Of a DNA stretch of 64,000 nt, positions 28,537 to 42,233 are shown piece by piece. A program made the translations under genes and the position numbers. The number at the start of each line of letters is the position of its first letter. The first letter of the stretch is position 1. Under the pieces are notes generated by a model, which saw only the letters and a program-made list of their open reading frames with translations, ran no database searches and was not told the origin of the DNA. The stretch comes from the human T2T-CHM13v2.0 reference genome, Homo sapiens. The stretch is from NCBI RefSeq assembly GCF_009914755.1, contig NC_060929.1; one strand, given 5' to 3'.

Positions 28537-29610
28537 TGTATTAGTCTGTTTTCACACTGCTAATAAAGACATACCCAAGACTGGGTAAATTATAAAGGAA
28601 AGAGGTTTTTTTTTTTTTTTTTCCCCTGCATCATAAATTTTATTCCTGATGTGGGACAGATTCCTTCCATCTCCAAATGAATCACATGCTGCCCCGGAAA
28701 GACCTAGGAAACTCTTCCACCATCTCCAGGGAAGTAGCAACAAAGGCAGGTGCTGGGGACTGGAAGGCTTTGAAGTTTTCCATCCTACTTTTTCTCACCT
28801 TCTCAACAGAGGATAGCTGTTCTCTATTATTCCTCTCATCCACTCATCCCTTAAAAAACCCCACAAAACGATCATTAGTAAACAAACAAACAAAACCTCT
28901 TCAAGTATTGGGCATTAGGGGTTCAGGTTGGGACTTGGGGGTCACCAATGAAAGAGGAAGGGGAAGAGGAGGAGGAGCCATCACTGTTTCTGCTGCAAGG
29001 GTTCCTTCCTTGCTGCATCCTGTAGCAACTGTTTGTGGACCTCGTCTGCTGGCAACTGCATGTATCGGACCACTGAGCCCTGAATGAAGCAGTTCTTCAC
29101 TGATAACATGTGAGGATATTTCTCAGAGTCTATGACACTGATATTAGTTAGTTTGATGTTGAGATACCGATCCACAGAATGGAGGGTTCCACAGATGCTC
29201 AGGTCATTCTTGAGTTCCACGACCACATGCTTGCCCTCAAGGGACTTGAAAAAATAATAGAAGAGCGTGGTGCTGGTCCTGCGGGCTGGACCAGAAAGAG
29301 GACAGGGGAAAGGAAAGAGGTTTAATTGACTCACAGTTCCACATGCCTGGGGAGGCCTCACAATCATGGTGGAAGGTGCAGGGGAAGCAAGACACGTCTT
29401 ACATGGCAGCAGGCAAGAGAGAGAGCATGTGCAGGGGATCCCCCTTATGAAACCACCAGATCTCATGAGACTCACGTACTGCCGCGAGAACAGCACAGAA
29501 AAGACCCCCCATCATGTTTCAATTACCTCCCAACAGGTCCCTCTCATGATACGTGGGAATTAGGGGGGCTACAATTTGAGATTTGGGTGAGGACACAGCC
29601 AAATCATATC
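28537..29610 (-). mobile_element. THE1 solo LTR split by the LSM2 retrocopy
   Basis: 28537-28608 plus 29324-29610 rejoin into a continuous THE1 (…aaaggaaagaggtttaattgactcacagttccacatg…cacagccaaatcatatc). Confidence 0.92.
28609..29308 (-). pseudogene. Processed LSM2 retrocopy (5' UTR remnant, full-length CDS 29268-28981 with ATG>ACG, 3' UTR, poly(A))
   Basis: Translation TLFYYFFKSLEGKHVVVELKNDLSICGTLHSVDRYLN...LQQKQ is a full-length LSM2 homologue with about 13 of 95 residues differing from recalled human LSM2. Intronless. AATAAA on the - strand at 28639-28644, T17 tract at 28606-28622, and a 15-bp TSD aaaggaaagaggttt at 28594-28608 and 29309-29323. Confidence 0.95.
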
Positions 29611-29937
29611 GGGCTATTCAGGTTCCCAGTGAGGATTAGAGAAAATGGATTGTTGTAGTTAGAGAATCAGTTATTAGTGATTTTTAAAAATTATACAAAT
29701 GTTTTAGAATCATTTTGGAAGATCCCATTTATTATCCAGGGTAAAATGAAGGTGAAATAACAGTAAAGCATAGAGATTGGAAACATCATGAGAAGTCACT
29801 TGTTAAAATTAAGCTGTTTCTCTAAACTTGAGAATATATATGACTTGAAATCGTTTTTTCAAAATTTTAACTTTTTATAATGGTTTAATCTTTTCCTTTT
29901 AAATGAACATAAAATGGATATGTTGTCTATCAGGGTT

Positions 29938-30423
29938 TGTATTACTTTCATCTTGCTGCTGTAGCAAATTGCCACGAGTACAGTAGCTTAAAACAACACA
30001 GATTTATTCTCTTATAGTTCTGGAGGTCACAAGTCAGAAATCAGTTTTACTGGCCTAAAACTATGGTATTCCTAGGGCTAGTTTCTTCTAGACACTCTAG
30101 GGGAGAATTTGCTTCCTTTGCCTTTTCCAGTTTTTAGAGGCTGTCCTCATTACATCACTCTTGGTCCCAAGTTACACTGCCTTTTCTTCCACCATTTCCA
30201 TTGTCACATCACCTTTTCTGACATTGTTCATCTTGCCTCCTTCTTGTAAGTATTCTTATGATTACACTAGGCCCACCTGAATAATACAGGATAATCGGAC
30301 ATCTCAACATCCTCAATTTAATCATATCTGAAAAGTTTCTTTGCCACGTAAGCTGACAAACACTACAGGTTCTGGGCATAAGGATGTGGTTATCTTTTGG
30401 GGGACATTATTCAGCTGACCATA
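29938..30423 (-). mobile_element. MLT1C/D solo LTR
   Basis: gcttaaaacaacacagatttattctcttatagttctggaggtcacaag and ggcccacctgaataatacaggataat motifs. Confidence 0.85.
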
Positions 30424-32295
30424 GGTTTAAGAGAGTAAAATGTATATTATTTACTTCCATAAATAAATGTTTTTGAATTATATTCAGATGTTCAGTTAAT
30501 ATTTACTTGCCTTGTGCCTTGTCATTTCTGATTTCATTTTGCAAAGTTTATTTTTATTCTTTTAAATTTTTTTTATTTTTCCTGGTAGTCTTTATGAAAT
30601 TCGTTTGTGTAAAATTACTGTAACAATACTACTTTAGAGTATTATTATTTTGAAGTATACCTCCCTGTTGATTTTGCCCACATTTTTGAAATCATTCACC
30701 TTTTTGTGACTGATATTCCGGAAGTACATGAAAATATATTTTTCCACTTTACCTTGTATGTTTTAAATTATTTCTTATATTGTTGTCATTGTTGGAGTCT
30801 TTTTTTTTTCTTGGTAGCTAGGAGATGCAAAGAGGAAACCCTCTGGAAGCTTTAAGTACATAATGGGTGCAGTCTTTTCCAGGACCTGGTCCTTAGAAAT
30901 TTATGTTCACAAAAGTGATTCTTTTAAAAAATCAACTTTCTTTCAAGAGATTACTGAGAAATCAGAAATGTCAATTTATTATTAAAAAGAAGATACTAAC
31001 TAATAAATAAACCAGCATGAACTTATGAAGAAGTCTGTGGATTTAGAACACAGATCACAGACTGTTGAATGATAATGATGTAAATGCTGATTACCATTTA
31101 TTGAATTCCACTGGAGAGGTCTGTCTTCTGGATATTACTAGGTCTCTTACAAATGTTCTTACTCATTAGTTTTACTTTTCTTAGACTTTTTTCTCTACTG
31201 TTTGTTAGGACACTCACCTGAAACTTGTTACAATAAGGAGATTACAGCTTTCTTTATAGCAGTCACTGAGGTTGCACTGTGCTCAATTAAGTTTGAATTT
31301 AGTTTTCAAAATATCCATCAGCATCATATATATAAATAAATCTCTCTTAGTGTGGGTTACTTTTGTCTGTGAATATTTATTCAGTTTATGTTGAGACTTT
31401 TAGTTTAAATTTAAGAAGATAGTATTTTCTGACCTTATTTTCCAATTTTGACATTTTGTCTAATTTATAATCTATTGTCTCTTACATATTAATAACTTAC
31501 TTTCAGCAGTGCATGGCACGGTCCTTTTTGGAAATTATTGTAATATATAGTGTGGGCTATTTCCAGAAGTATCTACCACCACTACCTGTTTACACGTGGC
31601 TTCAATGTGGGTGAATTAGTTTGAAATTCCCATTGAAGGCAGCCTCCAAGGGTTAAAAAGTCACAGTAAGACAACCTGTGGCCCTGTACTTTAAAGGAGG
31701 GATGGGAAAGTATACTGTATTTATATTGGAGACGTTGGAAAGATTTGGAGACCTTTGTTTTACTCATTCCTCCAGTTACATCTTAGCCCTTAGTCCTTGT
31801 CATAGTAGTTTCACTTGCCGCCAGACACACATCCCTCACAACATATACACAAGCTTTGTGTCCAGACTGTCACCTTGATTTTATTTATTTTACCCTAGGC
31901 ACAGATCTGACCCTAGCTATATTGCCTTTGATACTTAAAGTAAATTTAAGATCCTGCTTCTGTTATTTTAATTCATTCTAGGCCCTATACCTCTGGACCT
32001 AAGTGTCTACTCTGTGAGGTATATAGTTTAGCTAAAATAAAATGAATGCCATAGATCATAATATATTTGAAAGCATCTTGAATTTGGATTTGACTCCAAA
32101 CACTTCATTATATTTTGTTAATGCTAGCATGTAATAAATACTGTGATAACTTAAAATCTGCTTAGTTTCATATTTTTTATGATTCTAAAGGGCTCTTATA
32201 AAAATGAAATCAAAGAAAAGCATAATTTACATATATGAGGTTTCCTTAATGTCTTCTTAATGAAGTTGAAATCATTTATATTTATTCTCTTTTAG

Positions 32296-32485
32296 TATTG
32301 TGCTTCTGCTAAGCCAAAAACAGGCACTTGAAGAACTGAAACAGTCAGTCCAGCAGCTGAGATGCACTGAAGCAAAGTTTTCAGCACAGAAGGAATTACT
32401 AGAGCAAAAAGTGCAAGAAAATGATGGGAAAGAGCCACCTCCAGTAGTAAATTATGAAGAAGATGCACGATCAGTTACATCTATG
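32296..32485 (+). CDS. FER: FER coding exon (190 bp, probably exon 10), FX region
   Basis: ttctcttttag acceptor and gtaagc donor. Encodes [63 protein letters not shown] and ends in phase 0. Confidence 0.96.
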
Positions 32486-33032
32486 GTAAGCTAAAGAATA
32501 ATCCAATGAGAAACTTGGAAGAGTAGTGTCTAGGTAATAAGTGCATACAAAAATTATTTAAATTTGCTATAACAAATTGTTACTCTTGTTAATATGCAGG
32601 TCCTATTAAACTTGTTTGTAAATGCAAAATAGACTTGTCAGTCACCTCAGGTCACCTGGAGAGCACTTTCAGGAACCACCTGTAGAGTCAGAGGAAAAAG
32701 TTCTTCTCTTGCCTTCAAAACTGAAAGGAAAGACTGCAGTTGTTTTTATTCCTGGGAGACAGCAGGAAGGTAGGGTCTTATTCTTAAGAGAGAAGTAAGC
32801 AATAAGAAGAAAGCTATTTATTGATTTTTTTCTTCTTAAGTAGAATCTTATTTATCTGAGATTGCTGGTGTATTTATTGCTTTTAAAATACAAAATATTG
32901 ATTTAGTTTAAGAATTTTTTTTCTGCTCATAAATGTGACCCTTAGACTACAATAAATACATTCAAATTCACCAACTTGAAATTCAACTTTATTTCATAGT
33001 TTTATTAACTGTTTAAGAATGCCTAGTATAAA

Positions 33033-33380
33033 GTCTTTCTTCTTCTCTCCTTTCCTTTCCACTCCTCTCCTTTCTTCTCTTCTTTGCTCCCCTCTCTCCT
33101 CTTCCTTTCTGTCCTCTCCTTTCCTTTCCTTCCTCTTTCTCTCTCCTTTCTCCTTCTTCCTTCCTTTCCCTCCCTTCCCCTCCCCTTCCTCCCTTCCCTT
33201 CCCTTCCCTCCCTTCCCCTCCCCTCCCCTCCCTTCCCCTCCCCTTTCCTTCCTTCCTTCCTTCCTTTCTTTTTCTTTTTCTTTCCTTTCTCTCTTCCTCT
33301 TTCTTTTCTCTCTCTTCCTCTTTCTTTCTTTATCTTTCCTTTTTCTATTATCTACCTATTGATCTATCTATCTATGTATG
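33033..33380. repeat. About 310-bp almost pure polypyrimidine (CT/CCCTT/CTTC) tract followed by (TCTA)n
   Basis: Directly visible. The overlapping S/P/L/F-rich ORFs are artefacts. Confidence 0.95.
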
Positions 33381-33590
33381 TTGGTGGTTCTCACCCCCTG
33401 CCACACACATACCTGGGACATTTGGTAGTATCACCAGACACTGTGATTGTCATAACCAGATCTAGTGGGTAGAGATTGGTGATGCTGGTAAACCTCTTAG
33501 AATGCACAGAACAGCCCCTCCCTTCACACTCCCAGCACAAAATTATCCAGGCTAAAATGTCAAAAGTGCCAAGGTTAAAAAAGTCTGAGC
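33381..33590. mobile_element. MER20
   Basis: gggacatttgg..tctagtgggtagag..gatgctggtaaacc..aatgcacagaacagccc..aaaatgtcaaaagtgccaaggtt. Confidence 0.75.
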
Positions 33591-34153
33591 TACATCCTTG
33601 GCATTTCCTGTGGGTAACTTACAGAACTATTATAGTTATGCTATAGCTGATATTTTAGTACTTTTTACTTTATGTTGTTCTAAATAGTATGATTTGATTA
33701 AGTGGGTTCATATGTCTCCATAGCAAAAAAAAAAAAAAAAGACCGTATCTGAGAATACGGTAAATGTAGTAATGAATATGAAGTATTTAAACAATTGTGG
33801 TTATTACTATTACTATTAAATATTAAAATTAAACTATTGTGGTTGTTAGTAATATTGAGCCATATTAATCTACACATCACTTTGTGAATTGTGAATTATG
33901 AATCCTTGCACTCTTTCACTGTCCTAGCTATAAGGATCTCAGCACATGTACCAAGGACCCTATTAAATTCCCTTTCTTGCTTCATGATTCTTGATAAGTA
34001 TCTGGCATATGTGTTCTTTCAAAGGAACTTTTGAAATGTTTTCCTTTTGTTTGGCTTTGGAATATCTTATCTAGTAAATCTTTTGTTCACTGAGTGTGGT
34101 TTATAATATTTCCCTGTTACCATGACGTTGTGGAATTGGTTATTTAAAGGCTT

Positions 34154-34481
<328 letters not shown>

Positions 34482-35535
34482 TCATAATCATTGAAGAAAA
34501 GTTTTGTTTAACTAATGAATAGATAATGTTTCTGAGGTAGTGTATAGTGTAGTTTAAGAGAATGAATTGCCTTCCGGCACCTTCAAGTTCTGCTCTCGTG
34601 TCCATTAATTCAATGGTGATAATACTTAATATATTTTTACAAGATGGTGCTGCATATTTCATTTTATCAAATTTATTTTAAATTGTTGAAATACTAATTA
34701 TAAATTAGATCTTGCCTATTTGCTGAAGCAATGCTTTTAGTCATTAAGGATTTTTTTGTAAAAGAATACTATAATATATGTAGTTTAAAGCAATAAATTA
34801 ATATTTTACAAATAAGACAGGGCATTCTTACAAATTAATGCCAGTTAATGAGATTTTACAGCATTTTTTCAGAACAATTAGAAATTTTTACAATGCCCAA
34901 TTCCTAAAACTTAAGAATACATCTACATGTGTCAGTGAAATCTTTGTGTAATTCAGTTTTTCAATTAATAATTAGAATATTACTTTTCAGTTTACTTGGA
35001 AACGAAAACAATCAAAGCTTTAAATGATTTTGTCCCCAAATGACTGTTTAAGCATTGCTTTATGAATAATGTTACAAGAAAAGCCTGGAATTCACATAAG
35101 TGGTTCTATTGGTATTTTCTCTTTATAAATTCCATTGCTATAAATGGTATACAATTTCAATAAGAGACTTATTTGAATATTGGAAGAATTGGAAGAACTC
35201 AAAATTAAACTATTGTATCATGGAAAATTGTGAAAATTTGTGTAAATATTATTTGAGAGCAGGAGAGACAATGAATTATGCTCCATGATCTTAGTTAATG
35301 GCAGTGTTACTGAAAATACCGACTCTTCGGTGGTGAATGCTTCTGTAGAAGAGTGCTTTAAGGAACTGTACCATTGAAATGTGCCATGCATTGGGTATTC
35401 TTATAAAGGTTCCAAATGATCAAATGTGTAATCAGGGTTGGGGTTGTATAGTCAAGTTCTTAGTGTTTGATGTTTATTTTGTCTTAGTCTTGATGTTTAT
35501 TTTAGCTCTATGAGTCAATGAGAGTTAAAGCTCAT

Positions 35536-35880
35536 TGTTACAGTTTAAACGTTTGCTCTCTCCAAAACTCATGTGGAAATTTAATTGCCATTGTAAGAGT
35601 GTTAAGAGGTGGGACCTTTGAGAGGTGATTAGGTCAGGAGGGCTTCATCCTTATGGATGTAATTAATGTCTTTATAAAAGAGGGAGTTTGGCTCCCGTTT
35701 ACCTCTTTGCCCACCTCCCCACCCCCGCCATGTGAAACCAAAGGATTCTTTTCCTTTGGAGGATGCAGTCTTCAGTGGTCCATCTTGGAATTGGAGATTG
35801 GGCTCTTTTCAGATGCCAGGTCTGCTAGCACCTTGATCTTGGACTTCCTGGAACTGTGAAAAATGAATTTCTTTCTTTTT
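35536..35880 (+). mobile_element. MST-type MaLR LTR, 3'-truncated
   Basis: ccaaaactcatgtggaaatttaattgcc..gaggtgggacctttgagaggtgattagg..ccttgatcttggacttcc. Confidence 0.8.
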
Positions 35881-36306
35881 TTTTTCCTTCACAACTATGC
35901 TAATGAGGAAAGCTGTGGTTATGCTAGATAAGTATGATGAATTAAGTAAGAGAGGGGAAGAGGAGTGAAGATGCATATAAGAAAGTGATTATAATGATTA
36001 AAGAATTAAAGCTGTGTAATAAAGACAGAGGCCATCAAGAGAGGAATGGAGTATAAGGAAAAGTGCTTTGAGGAGATAGGTTGTTAAATCAGGTGATTAT
36101 GGCATAATAGGTTAGATAATAGAATCTTAAAATTTTGGAATTTCCTCTAGCCAGTGACAGTAAGCAGAATCAGAAATAAAAGTGAAGCATCTTCAATGGC
36201 ACACCTGTAAGGGAATATAATAAATAATAATCACTTTGTGTCTACCACAGAAATAAAACCCTGCCATTTTATAAACCTTAATATTATTTAAAAAATAATT
36301 TTGGTA

Positions 36307-36603
36307 GACTGGATGTAGTGGCTCACACCTGTAATGTCAGCATTTTGGGAGGCTGAGGTGGATTTACTGCCTGAGTTCAGGAGTTTGAGACCAGCCTGGG
36401 CAACATGGCAAAACCTTGTCTCTACAAATATATAAAAATTAGTCGGGTGTGGTGGCACATGCCTGTAATGCTAACCACTCAGGAGTTTGAGGTAAAAGGA
36501 TTGTTTAAGGTGTGTAGTTTGAGACTGCAGTGTTCCACGATTGTGCCACTGCACTCCAGCCTGGGTGACAGAGTGAGAGCCAGTCTCAAAATAAAATAAA
36601 AAT
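36307..36603 (+). mobile_element. AluJ
   Basis: Diverged Alu with TSD aaaataattttggt. Confidence 0.9.
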
Positions 36604-38023
36604 AATTTTGGTCTATTAGTAGAGTAACCTTTAAAAACCATAAATCACAGTTTTACCTTATTTGCAAAGGTTCACTCTACTTCTCTGAACTTAACAGAGT
36701 GTTTCTAAGGCTTAGGATAACATTGGAAAGATTAGTCTTTTCTGTTATACCATCAAGCTTATAGACTACCGGAGGGGGAATAAATTCATTTGAACTTTGG
36801 CAGTACTCTATTAAAGAGGAAAAAAACGGGCTATAAGAATACACATCTTTAGAGCATTTAGAGATGATATCTTTGAGACCATTATAATTACAAAAGGAGA
36901 AGTACAATGATAATTTATGGAAGGTTTTCCTAGCAATGTTAGTCATATTTATTTTGCTAGGCTGGCAGTAGTACTAGTCTGAGTTTTGTTGTATTGATTT
37001 GATTCATTAGATTAGATCTTTATTTTCTCTGTGTATTTCCCATTAGTTTGTGGGATGTTAAGAAGTGTACCATGGAGAAGTGAGTTGCAGAATTTGAGTC
37101 ATGTTGGGTGAAGCCAAAAGAAACAGTAATATTGACTGCAGGAACTTTCTAAGCCTTTAATATTAAATGTCCAAGGGGGAAATAGTATATGGGATGCAGT
37201 GTTTCTGAAAATATTGTCCCAATTCCCTTTCAAGGAGCCTCCTGGGAGGACCATAGTGTAATGGAGCATACTTTGGGAAATGCTTAGTTAGAAGATAAAT
37301 CCTTTCTTATTGAATTGGGATAATGACAGATTAAATGTCTAATAATTCTGAAGAATTTTGAATTGCTTATGTGTTGTTGAATTTAAGGATTATTTTATAT
37401 AATAGTTCAATTCTAGCTCTTTGGGGTAGAAGAATCTGCCTTCTGGAGCAAATTAGGAGGGTGAACTCTGTTGACTCACAGTGATGAGAATATCAAAATT
37501 TTCTAATCTCCAAGTAAACATCAGCTGCTTTCTTATTATATTTATTTATTTATTTATTTATTTATTTATTAAGAGACATGTTCTTCATTCTTTTTTTAGT
37601 TATCTAGTTGTAAGAACATAATAAATATTCAATTAGTATATGCTGAATTAAATAATTGGACTTCGTTTTCCCTTCAGAATAATCTGGTTATTTAACTTTA
37701 TGACAATATATGCTTTGGACCAAACATATAATAATTTTTGTTGAAAGAGTCTCCCTTATATGTCAGATATGTCTAGAATTTATGGCACCATAAAATGAAT
37801 TTCTACTTTATAAATGTAATTAGCTAGTCTGTATGATAATTGCCTTTGTTTCTGAAATTGCACATTTTGTTTAAGCCCTTTTGCTAGACCAACACACAAC
37901 ATAGATTTTTCTTCTCTGCACATGTTACTTAGTTTTGCTTAATTGAGCAGCAGTATCAGTAAAATCCTATTTTGTTACATTTTCAACCAACAACACATTT
38001 AATTTGTTGGCTAAAAATTGTCA

Positions 38024-38170
38024 GGCCAGGCCTGGTGGTTTGCGCCTGTAATCCTAGCACTTTGGGAGGCTGAGGCCCGTGGATCACTTGAGGTCAGGAG
38101 TTCGAGACCAGCCTGACCAACATGGCAAAACCCTGTCTCTACTAAAAATACAAAGATTAGCCAGACATGG
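38024..38170 (+). mobile_element. AluS left arm only, abutting a MIR remnant
   Basis: The Alu ends abruptly after ttagccagacatgg and a MIR-like core follows. Confidence 0.85.
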
Positions 38171-38719
38171 TTAAGATCCCTTAACCTTTCTGAGTTTTCT
38201 TTTCCGTAGAGGGAGGAAATGAATATATACCTCTTTTGCCTTACAGGATTTCTGTGACACTGAAATGAGATAATGTGTATAAACATATTTTGTATATTAT
38301 AAAATCCTGTAGAAAAATATCAGCTTCTATTTCAGTTTTTCTAAAAAATGTACCTTAGTTTACAGGTAAATTAATTGATATTCACTGAGTTCTTAAGTAT
38401 GAATTGTAGATTTTCTGTAAGATTATTTTACATATTTCTTATTCATAAAGGAAAAACCTTAATTTCTTTGGATAGGTAGTACATGCACATTTACATGGGT
38501 CTAAGTGTCCTTTCTTAGTGTCCCAGTTCTCTTCCTTAGAGGTAATCTTCCAGAAGTGTTGTATGCAAATAAAAACACAAGTGTAAATGATATGCCTGCT
38601 GTTCTTTTTACACAAGTGTTACAGCATACAACAGTAGTGTTCTGTATCTTGCTTTTTTACTTAATGCATCTTAGGTATCATTTTATAATAGTGAATGTAC
38701 AGTTACTTCAGTTTTTTTT

Positions 38720-39260
38720 CATTTATCCATTCAAAAAGCAAATATTTATTGAATGTCAGGTGTCAGGTATCATTTTAGGTTTTGGGGATACAGTAGTGAA
38801 CAAAATAGAATTTGTTTTCACTGTTATGGGCCTTTTACTCTAATTGGAGGGGACAGTGAATAAACAAACAAATAAATACATAGTATGTCACATGGTGGTA
38901 AATTCTTTTGAAAAAAAGCAAGATTGGGGGCAATAAGGCAATGAGTGCTGGGAGTTATTTTTATACATAGTGTGGTTAAGGAAGGATTCCTTGATAAAGT
39001 GCCATTTGTGCCGATATCTGGAAGAACTGAGAGAGCAAATGAGACTGCTTGGGGTGAGAATATTTCAGGCAGTGGGAAGAGCAGATGAAAGGAGGAACCA
39101 AAAGGAAGCCAGTGTAGCTGAAGAGAGAGAAAGTAATAGGAGATAGGGTCTGAGAAGTAATGGGCAGTTAGATCATAAAGTCATACAGACCCACGTAGGA
39201 CTTCAGTGCTAATTCATAGAGAAATTAGAAATCATTGAGCGTTCTGAGTGAGGGAGTGAC
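38720..39260 (-). mobile_element. L2 3' fragment
   Basis: ttcatttatccattcaaaaagcaaatatttattgaatg..ggggatacagtagtgaacaaaa signature. Confidence 0.75.
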
Positions 39261-40599
39261 ATTTTTACATGGTTTTCAATTTTTTGTTGTAAATACATCT
39301 TCAGTGAAAATCCTTGTAATACTATTGTGTGTAGTTTATGTGTAAGATATATTTTAGGTTTTGTTCAGCTTATATAGGTTTAGATTTTACTGTCAAAAAA
39401 GTTGAAAAGTTTCTGAACCTGAGAACAATGTCAGTTATAGATATTAATTATAACATTAATATTTCAGTTTTGTAGATGAGTAAATTTTTGCTTCCAGCTT
39501 TTCTGTGGCATGAATTTTACCATGCTGAACTTCAGTGTCTTAACAAACCATTACTATTATTAAATTCTTCTATGGCTCTGACACCTAAAGTATATTTACA
39601 GTTGTATGTTATACTGTATATAAATTTGATATATAAATTTCTAACTTATAAAACAGGTAAGCTAGGAGGTGATTATGATTATAATCATTTTCCAAATGAT
39701 TCAGGTCAAGATTCCATTCATCAATAGCCATTTTTCTTTGGCTCATATAAATGAAGTCATTTCATATCACGTTAGCCAATGGATGATGCCAGAAACACTC
39801 TTTTTCATTAGGCCACAGTATCTTCAGTATCAGGAGAGAAAAAACAATGCTTAAACTTTCAAAGTGTTTTTTAGCTTATATTTTAACTTTTATCTGTGTT
39901 CATATTCATATGAAGTTGATATATAGGCCAAAATGAAGTAAATAAAAATAAGATTTTCCATTTGGTTTTGGAAAAACTATATGTATATATTTCAAATTTA
40001 TCTTTTAAATTATGAATTTCTTAATTTCTTAGCATAAACTAACTGGCCAGGGGTGAACTAGCCCTAGAAGGATATAATAAAAGGAGAGAGAAGATAAAGT
40101 TAGGTAAGAATTAAATATCTACTATGATTAATGCAAATAAAAAGAATTCCTCAGATTTATTTATTCAGTCACTTGGGATTCAACAGCGCTTAATGATTAC
40201 TTACCACAGGATTATTATGTAATGGGGTTTTTTGGGAAAGGTGGGTCAAAGAGATTTAGAAGCTGTTACAGGATTTGGTCGGAGACATGAAGCACAAGTA
40301 ATTGATTTAACAGTTAATTGAAAGTTGGCTGAATTTTGACTTGTATGTATTTATACATTAAAACATTTTTTAAACTTGTGTTTAGCAGTACCTATATATA
40401 TACTCAGTAAATGTTTATAGATGAAATGAATAGGTACAGAATTTCAAAAGCAGGTTAAAATTGATGTAACTCAATTTTTAAAATGGTTTAAATGTTAAAA
40501 TTGTTTTCATCAAGTATTTCCCACTTTATTAATAAGTAATTGTGGCAATGGTATTCTAACAGGGTGAAAAAATCTGGAGTAGTTACAGAGATAATGACT

Positions 40600-40850
40600 A
40601 ATGAGTGGTTGTGATAGAATCTTTGCTCTAGGGAGAGCCCCAGCTATAGAGCCAGACTTCTTTGGTTTGAGTCTTTGCCTCACCACTTAAGTAAGTGCAG
40701 GGTATAAGCCAAGTTATGGGACTTTTTCTGTCCCCATTTCCCAGTGTGTAAAATGAGATTACTGTGTTACCCACTCTTGGGTTTGTTGCAGGAATAGTTA
40801 AGTTTATACATTTAAAGCATGCAGAACAGTGCTTGTCACTTAGTAAACTA
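40600..40850 (+). mobile_element. MIR
   Basis: tagagccagact..ggtttgagtc..gtgtaaaatgagatt..agaacagtgcttgtcac. Confidence 0.65.
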
Positions 40851-41928
40851 GTATTGTCTAATATTTGATTATTTGATGAAACATCACAGAAACAATAATA
40901 AGTTAATGTGTGTGCTTACTTTTTTGCTGGTCTTTTTTTCCCTGTTCTTGATGTTATTTTTTCATTAAGCATAAATCCTTCCTTTTAAAAATGCAAACTA
41001 TTAATTTTTAGATGATAGGTAAGCATGTTTGTGATCTACTCTTCTCTGTACTTGAAATATTGTTGTCTTTTAGCCACAATAGATTGGAAAACATTTTTTT
41101 AAAAACTGTCATGTAATTAACTTACGACTTATGCATTACCTTTATAATAGCCCTTTTATGACGTTATTAGAGTTGATCAGCTAATTTTTCAAATATTTTT
41201 AGTGTTACTAGTTTATTAGAAGTCTGCTTTTTTCCTTTCTCATACATTATTAAAGTTTGTGTTTAAATTTTTACATGATGCAATTTTTATAAAAAATAGT
41301 ACATAATCCCATTATTTTAATGTTACTTTTATAGTTTAATTTGAATGAAAGAAAAAAATCCCTAAGTACAATTATATCTTAAGATTATTCATTACTAAAA
41401 TAATATATATATATGTTTAAATTTGCTGTTATGGAAAATAACAGCTTTTGATACTCATAATACTTCCTTTTAACAATTCTCCTTTCTGCCATCTTATGCA
41501 ATACCATGATTTTATTCATTCTACCAGTTGAAACCTGTTTTTTCCATTTCCTTTGGTCCCTTTCTCTCAGTATTGTTCAAAGTCTATCTTTCTAACAGTG
41601 GTGTAGGGTGGAAAAAATTGTGGGAATTGGAGTCACATTATCCTGGGTTTAATTGCCTTTAGGTGGATTTTCACCCGCTAAACTACAATGTCTTCATCGG
41701 TAAAATCTAATTAATAATATACACTTCATAGGATTGTTGGATGAATTTATGAATGAATGTAAAAACAATATACAGCTCCAGATACAATTAGGAAGGTGCT
41801 TAATGCACATTTGGTTTTTGTTCCTTTTATTTCCCCTTTTTCTCCATTTCCTTTTTCCCTCTTTTTTTTGTCTCTTCCACCTTTTTCCTCCCTCCTCTGC
41901 CTTCTCATTAAACACAATTAGCCAACTT

Positions 41929-42233
41929 ATTTTCTTTTCTTTTCTTTTTTTTTGAGATGGAGTCTCACTCTGTTGCCCAGGCTGGAGTGCAGTGGCGGGA
42001 TCTCGGTTCACTGAAACCTCTGCCTCCTGGGTTCAAGCAATTCTTGGGCTCAGCCTTCCGAGTAGCTGGGATTACAGGTGCTGCCACCACACCCAGCTAA
42101 TTTTTTTGTATTTTTGATAGAGACGGGGTTTTATCATCTTGTTCAGGCTGGTCTTGAGCTCCTGACTTAGGGATCCACCCGCCTCGGCCTCCCAAAGTGC
42201 TGGGATTATAGGAGTGAGCCCCTGGGCCCGGCC
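41929..42233 (-). mobile_element. AluS
   Basis: Antisense Alu with TSD acaattagccaactt / acagttaaccaactt. Confidence 0.95.

Noticed and set aside
29464-29496. 171-aa start of the LSM2-containing ORF as given in the ORF track
   Set aside because: The start is GTG. Both it and the ATG at 29464-29466 lie upstream of the LTR TATA position, so they would not be in an LTR-initiated transcript.
31490-31900. Repeat-free, slightly GC-richer stretch before the 32296 exon as a possible enhancer or splicing element
   Set aside because: No motif or structure that can be supported without conservation or chromatin data.
33019-33465. 148-aa and 92-aa S/P/L/F-rich ORFs
   Set aside because: Artefacts of a stop-free CT-rich simple repeat.
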